The translations under genes and the position numbers were made by a program. The notes below the pieces were generated by a model that saw nothing but the letters and a program-made list of their open reading frames with translations, was not told where the DNA came from and did not search any database. Below are positions 46,486 to 57,032 of a stretch of DNA of 64,000 nucleotides, in pieces; the first letter of the stretch is position 1; each line of letters begins with the position of its first letter. This stretch comes from Candidatus Parcubacteria bacterium (GTDB taxonomy: Bacteria; Patescibacteriota; Saccharimonadia; Saccharimonadales; UBA4665), in the NCBI GenBank assembly GCA_023434325.1, contig JAEYSX010000003.1, forward strand, positions 82,953 through 146,952, in the 5' to 3' direction.

Positions 46486-47709
46486 ATGGTTAAGAAAAGA
46501 GCAGGTAAGAAGAGCAGTAATGGGGGCCGCGCGGACACGCGTCCGGTAAAAGATCAGAAGTACCTGCTCTTTAAGTATTCGACTGAGAATATCGGCGATG
46601 AAGTCCAGAGTATAGCCGCTAGGCGGTTCCTGCCAGAAGTATCAGATCTAGTTGATCGCGACCAAAAGATCGATTTTTCTAAAACGGTAGGTGCACCTGC
46701 GAAGATAATTATGAACGGGTGGTTTACGCACAAACCAGAGAATTGGCCGCCTCAAACAAAAGGAATCGACCCCCTACTTATCTCGATGTATATCGACCAG
46801 AAAAACCCAAAAACCGTTGCTTCGTTTACATCTAAGGAGAGCAAGGCGTTTTTTAAGACATTCGGCCCTGTCGGCGCAAGAGATAAGGCGACGCAGCGCT
46901 TTCTTCAGGATAATGGTATTGCGTCGTATTTTTCCGGTTGCCTGACCCTTACCCTGACGAGAGATGAGCGCTTCTCGCGAAACGATTTTGTACTGCTGGT
47001 TGACGTATCTGAAAAGTTGGAAGAAAAAATTAGGGCTTCTACGAGTCGAACGGTGATATCCGTCTCTGTTTATCGTACGCCTGATCTTCCGAGGGACGAT
47101 AAGTTTACGCTTGCTGAGTACTACCTATATCTCTATCAGTCAGCGCATGCGGTTGTCACGACCAGGCTCCATGCCACCCTCCCTAGTCTCGCCTTCGGAA
47201 CACCTGTGGCGCTGGTAAAAGAGGAGGGTAAGTTTGAATCTGACAGGTATGAGGGGTTGGCTGATTTGGCGCATTGTTTCACTGAGCAGGATTTAATTCG
47301 CAATCCTCAGCTGTACCCAGTTGATCGACCGCCAGAAAATAAGCCAGACTATAAGGTGATTCGAGCCGATCTAATCAAGAGGTGCTTGGCGTTCACGGGA
47401 TATCAAGCGAATAGATATATCACTACTGACTTGACCAATATATATCAAAACCCGTCCTTTATGCGAATCGTTGGTAAAGGGTCTTCGGCTACGTATCGGG
47501 AGATTTTGCGCAGTGGAGATGTAGATTGGCTCAACAGCACAGTGAGTGACTTACGGCATCGTATTGCACGGGCCGAAAAAAAATATGTCGACACGCGAAC
47601 CAGACTAGAGCAGACCGAGACCATGCTGGAAGAGATAAGGAACTCAACAAGCTGGAAAATAACTTCACTACTCCGTATGATAGAAGAACGTATAAAGAGG
47701 CTACGATGA
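46486..47709 (+). CDS. Polysaccharide pyruvyltransferase-like protein with a C-terminal coiled coil
   Basis: NIGDEVQ, VGARD, TTRLHA..P..AFGTP; C-terminal heptads ending NSTSWKIT. Confidence 0.78.
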   Translation: MVKKRAGKKSSNGGRADTRPVKDQKYLLFKYSTENIGDEVQSIAARRFLPEVSDLVDRDQKIDFSKTVGAPAKIIMNGWFTHKPENWPPQTKGIDPLLISMYIDQKNPKTVASFTSKESKAFFKTFGPVGARDKATQRFLQDNGIASYFSGCLTLTLTRDERFSRNDFVLLVDVSEKLEEKIRASTSRTVISVSVYRTPDLPRDDKFTLAEYYLYLYQSAHAVVTTRLHATLPSLAFGTPVALVKEEGKFESDRYEGLADLAHCFTEQDLIRNPQLYPVDRPPENKPDYKVIRADLIKRCLAFTGYQANRYITTDLTNIYQNPSFMRIVGKGSSATYREILRSGDVDWLNSTVSDLRHRIARAEKKYVDTRTRLEQTETMLEEIRNSTSWKITSLLRMIEERIKRLR

Positions 47710-48938
47710 AAGACAAAGCGTATAAATTCGTACATTATGCAAGAAAAAACGGCATCGCCCATGCAGTAAGGCTTGCCAAGTCAAGCATTGTTAACAAGAC
47801 CGGCAAACCAAAGCTGGCGTATAAGAAAATCAACGTCATGGCCGATGTGAATGACGTTGTGCGCGCCGATTTTATCGCCAGCCCCTACAAGACACCGAAG
47901 ACCGTAAAGAAGGATAAGCTTAAGATTGGATGGGTTCTGTCACCAATAAGCGCAGGTAGCGGCGGTCAGAATACAATTACGCGGTTTGCACGGCACCTCA
48001 AGTCTGCAGGGCACGATGTGACGTTTTATATCTATGAGGCTATACATCCTCAGAGGTCAGAAGATGCACATCAAATCCTAAAGGACAGCTTTGGTTTTGA
48101 TGTTCGCGTCCTGCCCGTGGCCAAGTACGAAGAGTCCGACGCTCTTATCGCGACAGGATGGGAGACCGCGTATCCGGTATTTAACATCAAAACAAAGGCG
48201 CACAAGTTTTATTTTGTACAGGACTATGAGCCGCTGTTTTATGGCCTAGGATCGATGGCCGTCCTGGCGCAAAATACCTATCGCTTTGGTTTTTATGGCA
48301 TCACAGCGGGTAGATGGTTGACCACAAAAGTGTCGGAGTTTGGCATGAAGGCTGATTACTTTGACTTTGGTGTCGATACCGATATCTACAAGCCAACGAC
48401 TATGCCGTTAAAAGAGAAGAAAATATGCTTTTACGCCCGTCCGGTAACAGAGCGCCGCGCATTCGAGCTGGGAGTCATCGCTCTCGACATCTTCCATAAA
48501 AAACACCCTGAATATAAGATCGAGTTCTTTGGCTGGGATGTATCCGAGTACGAGATACCCTTCCCATACGTCAATAGAGGGGTGTTAAACCACGAAGAGT
48601 TGGCGACATTATACAAAGAATCGGCTGCCTGCTTGGTTTTGTCTTTGACTAACGTGTCGCTCCTGCCTTACGAACTACTTGCGGCGGGCTGTGTTCCTGT
48701 CATGAATGACGGCGATAACAACCGGCTGGTTCTTGGCGAGAATAAGTACATAAAATACACCGGCACGTCCCCGATCGAGCTTGCAAACGGATTGGTTGAG
48801 GCTGTAGAAAACCCCAAATTGCAACAGGACGCCAAAAAGTCCAGCGACAGTGTTGCAAATTTGCCGTGGGACGAGTCGTACAAAAAAGTAGAGCGCATTT
48901 TGTTGCGCGAAGTAACAGGAGTGAAGAAGCGTGCCTAG
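47706..48938 (+). CDS. WsaF-like rhamnosyltransferase (GT-B fold)
   Basis: GSGGQNTI, ATGWETA, YFVQDYEPLFY, YARP...RRAFEL, SLTNVSLLPYE. Confidence 0.82.
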   Translation: MKDKAYKFVHYARKNGIAHAVRLAKSSIVNKTGKPKLAYKKINVMADVNDVVRADFIASPYKTPKTVKKDKLKIGWVLSPISAGSGGQNTITRFARHLKSAGHDVTFYIYEAIHPQRSEDAHQILKDSFGFDVRVLPVAKYEESDALIATGWETAYPVFNIKTKAHKFYFVQDYEPLFYGLGSMAVLAQNTYRFGFYGITAGRWLTTKVSEFGMKADYFDFGVDTDIYKPTTMPLKEKKICFYARPVTERRAFELGVIALDIFHKKHPEYKIEFFGWDVSEYEIPFPYVNRGVLNHEELATLYKESAACLVLSLTNVSLLPYELLAAGCVPVMNDGDNNRLVLGENKYIKYTGTSPIELANGLVEAVENPKLQQDAKKSSDSVANLPWDESYKKVERILLREVTGVKKRA

Positions 48939-49929
48939 AGCAATAAAAGCCACCATATTTATTCCGGTTTACAACGGCGAAGACTACTTGCGGGATGCCC
49001 TGAGGATGATATTTCGACAGAAGGCAGATTTTGCTTACGAGGTATTCATCATAGACTCCGGGTCGACTGACACATCGCTCGATATCATCAAAGAGTATCA
49101 AAAGCGGCATGACAACTTGCGGTTGGAGCAGATACCAAACAGCGAGTTTGGCCATGGCAAGACACGCAATCTTGCCGCCAAAAAGGCAAAGGGTGAATTT
49201 ATCGTGTACTTGTCTCAGGACGCAATCCCGGCTCATAATGAATGGCTGGTAGAAATGTTGGCGCCGTTTGAGATACACGATAAGGTGGTTGCGGTGTTTG
49301 GAAAGCAAGACCCCAGGCGGAAGTGCTTTCCTTTAATGAAGTACGATATTCAGAGGGTGTTTTCTGACGCCGGGCCTGCTTACGCCGGCATTTCGCTGTT
49401 TTATGACGGTAATTTCCTTAAAGATGAGGGCGCTCGCGACCTCGCAACCTTTTATTCCGATGTGAACTCGGCCACTAGACGTGAGTTTTTGCTGAATACC
49501 ATACCCTACCGCGATGTGCCTTACTCTGAAGACCAGCTGTTTGGTCAGGATGTCATACGAGCCGGGTATTACAAAGTGTATACGCCAAGAGGTAACGTCG
49601 TTCACTCCAATGACCTAACTCTAAGAAAGTATCGTCACCGAATGTACGATGAGATTATCGGTTTACGAAAAATCGGGCGTAAAGTCCCGAAACCAGGAGT
49701 AATAGGCTTGGTAAAGGGCATAATGAGAGATGAGGTACGAATCCTTATGGACAGCCAGTATGGCAGGAAGCGGAAGCTCTTTTGGCTGGTTGTTAATCCC
49801 TTGTATCACATTCAGCGCTGGCGTGGCATTAGGCTGGGTGTCCGTGCCAAACTGGAGGATCCCGGTCAGCACGCTAAATATTCGCTCGAGGCTATGGCAA
49901 AAAACGCACGTGTTAGGACAAAGAGCTAA
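48931..49929 (+). CDS. GT2 glycosyltransferase (probable rhamnosyltransferase)
   Basis: IDSGSTD, FGHGKTRN, LSQDA, SEDQ, HSN. Confidence 0.85.
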   Translation: MPRAIKATIFIPVYNGEDYLRDALRMIFRQKADFAYEVFIIDSGSTDTSLDIIKEYQKRHDNLRLEQIPNSEFGHGKTRNLAAKKAKGEFIVYLSQDAIPAHNEWLVEMLAPFEIHDKVVAVFGKQDPRRKCFPLMKYDIQRVFSDAGPAYAGISLFYDGNFLKDEGARDLATFYSDVNSATRREFLLNTIPYRDVPYSEDQLFGQDVIRAGYYKVYTPRGNVVHSNDLTLRKYRHRMYDEIIGLRKIGRKVPKPGVIGLVKGIMRDEVRILMDSQYGRKRKLFWLVVNPLYHIQRWRGIRLGVRAKLEDPGQHAKYSLEAMAKNARVRTKS

Positions 49930-50006
49930 CAACAGTACGGCTGAGCAGTGTTGTATTCGCCTCCACAGTCAGTGCATATCTACACCATAACCGTTATAAT
50001 AAGGAT

Positions 50007-50546
50007 ATGGTTAAAACGAAAAAGCTAGGAACCATCCCACTGACAGTGCTGGTGATTGCATTAATTCTTGCGGTCGGCGGCGTCGCTTTTGCCGTCACAA
50101 ACATGGCAAAGCAGGATGGCGACAATATTGTAGATCAAAACCCACAACAGATTGGTGACGACGCCAAACAGGCGATAGTCGACCAGAAAAACAAGGAAGA
50201 AGAGAACCCGGATAGTGGCGCTGTGACAAAGGCCGACATCACCGTTGTTGACGCAACGTACTATACGATCCAACCCGGCGCGCAGGCTGACGCAATCGAA
50301 GTCAGGGCGTTTTCGAATAATGTAGTCACTGCAGGCACCTGCAAAATAACAGTTACCAGCAAGAATGGCACAATATATACCCGTGAAGTTTCGGCCGAAC
50401 CCGACGGCAGAAGCAGCTGGTGCGGAACCGCAACCATCCCCGTCGATAAGCAATTATTTGATTCAGAATCCCCATGGAAGGCGAAGATCGAATTCGTTTC
50501 GCCAACAGCGACCGGTAGCGCAGAAGTTGATGTAAAGGTTATGTAG
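50007..50546 (+). CDS. Membrane-anchored exported hypothetical protein
   Basis: N-terminal TM helix, beta-rich domain with a Cys pair (GTC...WC). Confidence 0.75.
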   Translation: MVKTKKLGTIPLTVLVIALILAVGGVAFAVTNMAKQDGDNIVDQNPQQIGDDAKQAIVDQKNKEEENPDSGAVTKADITVVDATYYTIQPGAQADAIEVRAFSNNVVTAGTCKITVTSKNGTIYTREVSAEPDGRSSWCGTATIPVDKQLFDSESPWKAKIEFVSPTATGSAEVDVKVM

Positions 50547-50549
50547 CGC

Positions 50550-52949
50550 ATGGCACGTCGTAGAGTTTACGTCTGGAACATGGGGGTTTCGTACCGCGGT
50601 CTGTCGTGGATAACACTGTGCGCACTCCTGCTGGTGGGTATGGGCATGTCGATCTTTTGGCTGCAGCGTCAGAGCACTGTCGACGCACTGTCAGTGTCGG
50701 ATTTTAAGCCCGGAAATATAATGTCAGACAGCGTGTTTTTTGACGGCGGCCGAATGAACGAATCGTCGGTCCAGAATTTCCTCAATGCCAAGATGCCATC
50801 ATGCGACACCTGGGGCACCAAACCGCACAGTAGTGGGCAGTCAAGGGCGCAGTACGGCGCTTCGCAGGGTAATCCCGCTCCATACACGTGTTTAAAGGAT
50901 TACCGTCAGAATACCCCTTCTATGTTGGCCGAGTCGGGGCTTTGCTCTGCATATTCCGGCGGCTCTAATCAGTCTGCTGCCAAAATTATTGCCGATGTAG
51001 GAGCGGCCTGCGGCATTAATCAGCAAGTGCTCATTGTGCTGCTACACAAAGAACAGGGGTTGGTGACCGACGAGTGGCCTTGGACGGTACAGTACACTAA
51101 GGCAACCGGGTTTAGTTGTCCGGACACTGCGCCTTGCGATCCGAGCTTTGGCGGATTCTTTTACCAGGTCTACTATGCCGCTCGTCAGTTCAAAAAATAC
51201 GCTCGTGACCAAACAGGATACAAGGCTTACAGGAACAACTATGTACAATACAATCCCAACGCTTCGTGTGGGGGAACCAATGTTTACATAGAAAACCAGG
51301 CTACCGCGGGTTTGTACACGTACACCCCGTATCAACCAAATCCCGCTACTCTTGCCTGGAAGTTAGGGAACGGGCCGTCCGTGTCATCGAGCTATCCCGG
51401 CTGTGGCGCATTTGGTAACGTAAATTTCTTTATCTACTTTAGTAACTGGTTTGGTCCGACTCAGGCCGGCAGTTTCTTGCTGCGCACCCCCGAGAATGCG
51501 ACGGTATATCTTGTAACGGATACGCACAAATACCCGATTGCCGACATCAATATACTGGGAGCCTTGCCGTTTGGTCCTGTTGGATTTGTGTCCCAGTCGT
51601 ATCTGGACGGTAAGCAAACGGGGCAAGTGATGCAGCGTATTATTCGGGATAGTCGGGGCACGGTTTACTATTTTGACTCCAGTATAAAACTTGCGTTCCC
51701 CAGTTGTGCGCTGGTCGAGGATTATGGATATTCTTGCGGCGACTCCGTGCTTCTAAATGACGTACAGGTAGGGAGTTTCGCGACCGGTCCGCAGATGACA
51801 CGATTCTATCGCACTACCAGCGGAAAGAACTTCTACATACAGGGTGGTCAGAAGCGAGAAATCTTCGATACGCAATCTCTGACGAATGTTGGGCTGTCTG
51901 GCTCGTTTAATGTCCTAACCGAGAGTCCGCTAGGAAACCTTGCCTACGGCGCGCCTATTACGCGTGCAGGGGTAATAGCCCAGCAGCGCGGACAAAACGT
52001 TCGCTTTGCGCTGACTGGATCCGCTAAGAGACCGGTAGGGCACGAGCTATGGGATCAAACACGACTAAAGGCGTTGCCTGCCGGACAACTTGATCCGCAA
52101 TCTCTCAATCAGATAACTACAGGTGCTGCGATTACGCCGCTGTTTTACGACTCGGTCACACAGAAACCGTACGTGCTAGGCTCTGACGGGCGACACCTCA
52201 TTAATAATTCCAGCACTCAGTGGGGAGCGGCTGGCGCGGCAGTGTTAGAGAGCGCGATTCAGTCTCAGCTTCCCATTGTCGGCAATGCTGATGTGTCGTT
52301 AGTAAAATCTCATTCAAATGGAACAGTGTATGCACTTGATGCGGGAAAGAAGCGAGTGTTATCGTCTTGGGATGATTTACTTCGGGTCGACCAAAGTGCT
52401 ACTATTTTGAGCCTTCCAGATTCTGTCGTCGGTGCTTTGTCAAGCGGTGCACCGGTTATGTCGCAGGGCACACTCGTTAAGTCGCCAGACAACGGTACGG
52501 TTTACTACGTTGACGGCATGAACACCATAATTCCCTTGACGACCTTTGCTATCTCGGACGAACTAGGGGTTAAAACGCTGAAAGTGTACCCTAAGTCCAC
52601 GGTAGATGCATACACCAAGCACTCGCAGACACTTCGTTCGGTTGTGACGTGCGGTGGTGCAACACATTGGGGCTTAGGCGGTAAGTTGTATAACCCTGCT
52701 GGATCTCCCATTAGTTCTGTTGCAGGCGTAATACCGTTGGCGCTTGAGGCTTGTCCGGCTGCAGTAAGTGGTCTCGGCCCCTCCTTGTTCTGGACTAGCT
52801 CGTACGGCACTATATACCGTATTGTAAACGGCGTTAAGTATCCTATCTCTGGATACAATGCGTACGTACAATTGGGTGGCGACGGAAGCAACACTATAAG
52901 AGTAGGTGATATCTCGCTCGGATTATTACCCACAGGTGCCACGCTTTAA
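50550..52949 (+). CDS. Exported surface protein: Cys-rich, possibly lysozyme-like N-terminal domain plus C-terminal ~45-50-aa repeats
   Basis: FKPGNIMSD, CLKDY, GINQQVL..LLHKEQGL, GFSCPD, NQATAGLYTYTPY; repeats of the type LVKSPDNGTVYYV. Confidence 0.75.
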   Translation: MARRRVYVWNMGVSYRGLSWITLCALLLVGMGMSIFWLQRQSTVDALSVSDFKPGNIMSDSVFFDGGRMNESSVQNFLNAKMPSCDTWGTKPHSSGQSRAQYGASQGNPAPYTCLKDYRQNTPSMLAESGLCSAYSGGSNQSAAKIIADVGAACGINQQVLIVLLHKEQGLVTDEWPWTVQYTKATGFSCPDTAPCDPSFGGFFYQVYYAARQFKKYARDQTGYKAYRNNYVQYNPNASCGGTNVYIENQATAGLYTYTPYQPNPATLAWKLGNGPSVSSSYPGCGAFGNVNFFIYFSNWFGPTQAGSFLLRTPENATVYLVTDTHKYPIADINILGALPFGPVGFVSQSYLDGKQTGQVMQRIIRDSRGTVYYFDSSIKLAFPSCALVEDYGYSCGDSVLLNDVQVGSFATGPQMTRFYRTTSGKNFYIQGGQKREIFDTQSLTNVGLSGSFNVLTESPLGNLAYGAPITRAGVIAQQRGQNVRFALTGSAKRPVGHELWDQTRLKALPAGQLDPQSLNQITTGAAITPLFYDSVTQKPYVLGSDGRHLINNSSTQWGAAGAAVLESAIQSQLPIVGNADVSLVKSHSNGTVYALDAGKKRVLSSWDDLLRVDQSATILSLPDSVVGALSSGAPVMSQGTLVKSPDNGTVYYVDGMNTIIPLTTFAISDELGVKTLKVYPKSTVDAYTKHSQTLRSVVTCGGATHWGLGGKLYNPAGSPISSVAGVIPLALEACPAAVSGLGPSLFWTSSYGTIYRIVNGVKYPISGYNAYVQLGGDGSNTIRVGDISLGLLPTGATL

Positions 52950-53003
52950 GGCATTTGGTTTCTTGTTTTTCTCGTATAAATTACGGGGTAGCTGTTATAA
53001 TTT

Positions 53004-54416
53004 ATGACAATGAAAGGCGTGCTATCTCGAATGCTCCGCATACCGCGGCCACTGCCATTTTTTGTCGTAACGGCAACAACTTTTGGTTTTTTGTTTCTAA
53101 TGATCACTCCGCCTTTTCAGGGTGCTGATGAGATGTCGCACTATGTTCGAGCCTACCAAATATCCCAAGGTAATCTGATAGTGGACACAAATGCCGAAGG
53201 GGTGGTCGGCGGTGAGTTACCCACGTCCATTGATGAGATAGCTAGTATAACTGGTCGGCCGTCTATACAGTTTCATCCCGAGCTCAAATACGATCTACGT
53301 CAGACCAAAAGAGCGTTAGCTGTTAGAGATGTTGAGGGCCAGAATAAATTCTATGATTTTGCCAATACTGCTGCTTATTCGCCCGTACCGTACGCTCCGT
53401 CTGCAGTAGGAATTGGAGTGGCGCGGACGCTACATTTGCCACCTCTCGTAACCTTATATGCTGGTAGATTAGGTAATCTTTTGGCCTGGGTAGGGTTGAT
53501 TGCTCTCGCTATTCGTCTGATTCCTGCCAGAAAATGGGCTGTTGTGGCCGTTGGTCTTTTGCCAATGGGATTGTTTCAGGCGTCTATGCTCAATGGCGAC
53601 GTTGTAACCTTTGGTTCACTTGCCGTATTTTTGGCGCTCATACTTTATTATCGTGAGCGGAAAACTGTAGTATCCATCAAAGAAATACTCTTCCTTATGG
53701 CCACGGCGGCGGCAATGGTGCTTAGTAAGAATGTTATGTTTGTGCTTCTTCCGCTGGTCCTACTATTACATAAGCAAAATTTCGTGTCTGCGCGCATTGC
53801 CTGGATTAGTAAGATGTCATTAATTTTTGTACCGCTGTTTGTCTATGCGTGCTGGTTTTTGGTGGTACAGAGTATAGACGTACAGTCTACCTATGTTCAC
53901 GGACAAGATCCTGCTGCGCAGCTAAGCTTAATTCTACGTAATCCATTAGAGTTCGTCGCTGTGATGTGGAATACGTACTTTTTCACATGGGGTGATTACA
54001 TAACCAAATCCTTCATTGGTGTATTTGGATGGGCCGATACGCCATTATCAGAAGGGATCATTGTTATTGGCTACATCAGCCTGTTCATTATATTGGCAGG
54101 GTCTTACGAGTCTAATTACAAAGAGCAAATTTCAAAGAAGGGGAAGCAGCTGGTGGCGTTATTGGCCGCAGTATACTTCTTGGCGGCAAGTGCAGCGCTG
54201 TATGTCTATTATTCTCCGGTTGGCTTTGGAATAATCTACGGGCTTCAGGGGCGGTACTATTTGCCTATTGCTTTTGCGTTAATCCCGATCGTGAGGATGC
54301 GCAAGATTATCATTGATAATACGCTGTATAAACGCTTGGCGATGGCGCTGCCGGTATTTCTACTTGTGGCAAGCGTAATTACAATCGTAAACAGGTATTA
54401 CCTGCCTAATATATAG
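53004..54416 (+). CDS. DUF2142-like GT-C membrane glycosyltransferase (GacL-like)
   Basis: TPPFQGADEMSHYVRAYQIS, YSPVPY, FIGVFGWAD, GLQGRYYLP. Confidence 0.82.
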   Translation: MTMKGVLSRMLRIPRPLPFFVVTATTFGFLFLMITPPFQGADEMSHYVRAYQISQGNLIVDTNAEGVVGGELPTSIDEIASITGRPSIQFHPELKYDLRQTKRALAVRDVEGQNKFYDFANTAAYSPVPYAPSAVGIGVARTLHLPPLVTLYAGRLGNLLAWVGLIALAIRLIPARKWAVVAVGLLPMGLFQASMLNGDVVTFGSLAVFLALILYYRERKTVVSIKEILFLMATAAAMVLSKNVMFVLLPLVLLLHKQNFVSARIAWISKMSLIFVPLFVYACWFLVVQSIDVQSTYVHGQDPAAQLSLILRNPLEFVAVMWNTYFFTWGDYITKSFIGVFGWADTPLSEGIIVIGYISLFIILAGSYESNYKEQISKKGKQLVALLAAVYFLAASAALYVYYSPVGFGIIYGLQGRYYLPIAFALIPIVRMRKIIIDNTLYKRLAMALPVFLLVASVITIVNRYYLPNI

Positions 54417-54419
54417 AAC

Positions 54420-55601
54420 ATGGCTGAGTATAAGAACGAATTGAAGAAAAAGAAAATCGGAATATTTTCCGGGTACTATGTGCCGCATCTTGGGGGTGTC
54501 GAACGGTACGTTGATAAGTTGTCGGCTGCACTCGTTCGACTTGGATATGAGGTGGTCATTGTTACGTCTAAACACGACGACCTGAAGAGTGTAGAGCAGA
54601 AGGATGGTCGTACTGTTTACAGACTTCCCATCCGCAATATTGCAAAGGAGCGTTACCCTATTCCAAATCCGACGCCAGAATACAAGAGGCTGATGCAGGA
54701 GATAGAGAACGAGGGCATCGATGTTTTTTTGCTTAACACCAGATTTCATCTGACTAGCTTAGTCGGCGCGAGGATGGGTAAAAGATTGGGTCGCCACGTT
54801 ATGTTGATAGACCACGGAACCGGGCACTTTACGGTAAACAGCCCAGTATTGGACTTCTTTGGAAAGATATACGAGCATGTATTAACGTGGTGGATGAAGC
54901 GGTATGTCGATAATTTTTACGGGGTTTCAGAGGCCTGCAATGTCTGGTTAAAGCACTTTTCGATTCGTGGCACGGGTGTTTTTTACAACTCTATCGACCC
55001 TGTCGACGGCGCAAGGGTAGAGGATTATTATAAAGACACATATAGTAAAGACGCTGTTGTTATAAGTTATGCAGGTCGCGTTATAAAAGAAAAAGGTGTT
55101 CTTAATTTGCTGACTGCATTTCTTGAGTTTGAGCAAAGGCACCCTGAAATAAAAGCTAAGCTTGTTATAGCGGGGGATGGTCCGCTTCTGGAGGATATAA
55201 AGCGGGATTATAAGAGTCTGTCGATCGATTTCATTGGTAAGGTAGATTTTGCGCACGTGATGGCTTTGTATAAGAGATCTGATATTTTCGTGTACCCATC
55301 GCTGTATCCAGAAGGCTTACCGACTTCTATTCTGGAGGCTGGGCTTATGGATTGCGCCGTAATTGCGACGCCGCGAGGTGGAACTACAGAAGTTATTGCG
55401 CACGAACAGCATGGTATAATTACCGATGGAAGTGCAGCAGAATTGGCTGATGCGATAGCGCGTCTGGCAGGAGATTCTGTATTGAGGCACAAATTCTCCC
55501 AAGCGCTAAAGCGCAAGGTAGAAGAACAGTTTAATTGGGACGCCGTTGCCCTGGCGGTCGGCAAGGAAATCAGAAATCTGGAGGATACACGGAATGAGTA
55601 A
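54420..55601 (+). CDS. GT4 family glycosyltransferase
   Basis: PHLGGVERY, YAGRVIKEKG, EGLPTSILEA. Confidence 0.9.
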   Translation: MAEYKNELKKKKIGIFSGYYVPHLGGVERYVDKLSAALVRLGYEVVIVTSKHDDLKSVEQKDGRTVYRLPIRNIAKERYPIPNPTPEYKRLMQEIENEGIDVFLLNTRFHLTSLVGARMGKRLGRHVMLIDHGTGHFTVNSPVLDFFGKIYEHVLTWWMKRYVDNFYGVSEACNVWLKHFSIRGTGVFYNSIDPVDGARVEDYYKDTYSKDAVVISYAGRVIKEKGVLNLLTAFLEFEQRHPEIKAKLVIAGDGPLLEDIKRDYKSLSIDFIGKVDFAHVMALYKRSDIFVYPSLYPEGLPTSILEAGLMDCAVIATPRGGTTEVIAHEQHGIITDGSAAELADAIARLAGDSVLRHKFSQALKRKVEEQFNWDAVALAVGKEIRNLEDTRNE

Positions 55602-56664
55602 AGTGCGAGTAGCAATCGTTGGGGCAGGAAATATATCGAATACGCGTCATATCCCGGCGCTACGAAAGATTGCCGAAGCAGAAATCGTAGGCACCATCAG
55701 CAACAAGGTAGAGAGAGCTAAAGGAACGGCCGAGAAACACGGGATTGCTAATTTCGCTACCGTTGAAGGTGACTTCGACAAAGATGTTGTATCGCTCAAG
55801 AACGTTTCTTGGTTTAGTGATGTTGATGCAGTGGTTATTGGCGCCCCACCGCACCTTCATTACTGCTTGGTCAAGACTGCACTTATGCTCGACAAACATG
55901 TGCTGGTTGAAAAGCCAATGATGATGAACAAGGCAGAATGCGATGAGCTTATTGCGCTCGCCAAAAAGAAGCAAAAAGTTTTTTATGTGATGCACAATTT
56001 CCAGTATGCAGGTCAGATGCTTCGCCTGAATGAGATAATTAAGTCCAAACGCTACGGCGACATTATTTCGATTACCGAGGTGCAGTTTACGAACCATGAT
56101 AGGCGTCTGCCCGAATGGTATAACGACCTGCCTATGGGGCTGTTTTACGACGAGGCAGCGCACTTTGTGTACTTGCTGGAACGGCACGCAGGGGGGCTGG
56201 TTATCGATAATTCATATGCGGTATACGATCAAGACAAGAGCGTCAGCACTCCCAGGACTCTTACCGTAAACGCTACCGCCGGTGATATTCCAGTGACTAT
56301 GATGCTTGATTTTCACTCTCCAGTTTGCGAATGGTACTACATCGTAAACTTTAAGAAAAAGATACTGATATACGATTTCTTTAAAGACATTTTAGTTGAG
56401 CTGCCAACAGATAACGAGCACCTCGCTGGGGATGTCCTAAAGAATTCTGTCAGATACACATGGCAGTATTGGAGCCGGTTCGTCACGAACGGCTTGCGGA
56501 TGTTTACAGGAGGCTTGTTATACGGGCATGATGTCGTGTTGCGTAGCTTTGTTGGTGCCGTGCAAGGTGGCGAGCAGGATGAGTACCTGACTGCCGAAAA
56601 CGGACGAACCAACGTGATGTCCATCAATGAGATTGTCGAAAAGGCTAAAGGCAAAAAAGCATGA
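55594..56664 (+). CDS. Gfo/Idh/MocA family oxidoreductase
   Basis: VAIVGAGNI, HVLVEKP. Confidence 0.85.
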   Translation: MSKVRVAIVGAGNISNTRHIPALRKIAEAEIVGTISNKVERAKGTAEKHGIANFATVEGDFDKDVVSLKNVSWFSDVDAVVIGAPPHLHYCLVKTALMLDKHVLVEKPMMMNKAECDELIALAKKKQKVFYVMHNFQYAGQMLRLNEIIKSKRYGDIISITEVQFTNHDRRLPEWYNDLPMGLFYDEAAHFVYLLERHAGGLVIDNSYAVYDQDKSVSTPRTLTVNATAGDIPVTMMLDFHSPVCEWYYIVNFKKKILIYDFFKDILVELPTDNEHLAGDVLKNSVRYTWQYWSRFVTNGLRMFTGGLLYGHDVVLRSFVGAVQGGEQDEYLTAENGRTNVMSINEIVEKAKGKKA

Positions 56665-57032
56665 ACATTGCACTCATAGTGCTTTATGTCGTGTTCGCGG
56701 TTGGCGGTTCCACGCTTATTAAATATGGCGGTTTGGCGAAGGTGGCCTCTGTGGTGATGTTGCCGGTCGTGCATGTCAGCGTGTCGCTTGTGACGCTTGC
56801 CGGAATGTTTTGCTATGGCTTGAGCTTTTTGTTTTACGTACTGCTGTTGAATAAATTTGACCTGTCATTCATATCGCCACTTACAGTAGGTGTGGTATAT
56901 GTTTTGCTTATGGCAACAGCGATATTCGTGTTTAACGAGCAATTCACTCTGATGAAGACAATAGGCTGTGCGCTGATTCTTGCCGGAATTCTTCTGATTT
57001 TATTTGCAGCACCATCCACTACAGCTACATAG
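56661..57032 (+). CDS. Small 4-TM EamA/SMR-like protein (ArnE/F-type lipid-sugar flippase candidate)
   Basis: 123 aa, four TM helices, DLSFISP, FNEQFT..KTIG. Confidence 0.72.
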   Translation: MNIALIVLYVVFAVGGSTLIKYGGLAKVASVVMLPVVHVSVSLVTLAGMFCYGLSFLFYVLLLNKFDLSFISPLTVGVVYVLLMATAIFVFNEQFTLMKTIGCALILAGILLILFAAPSTTAT

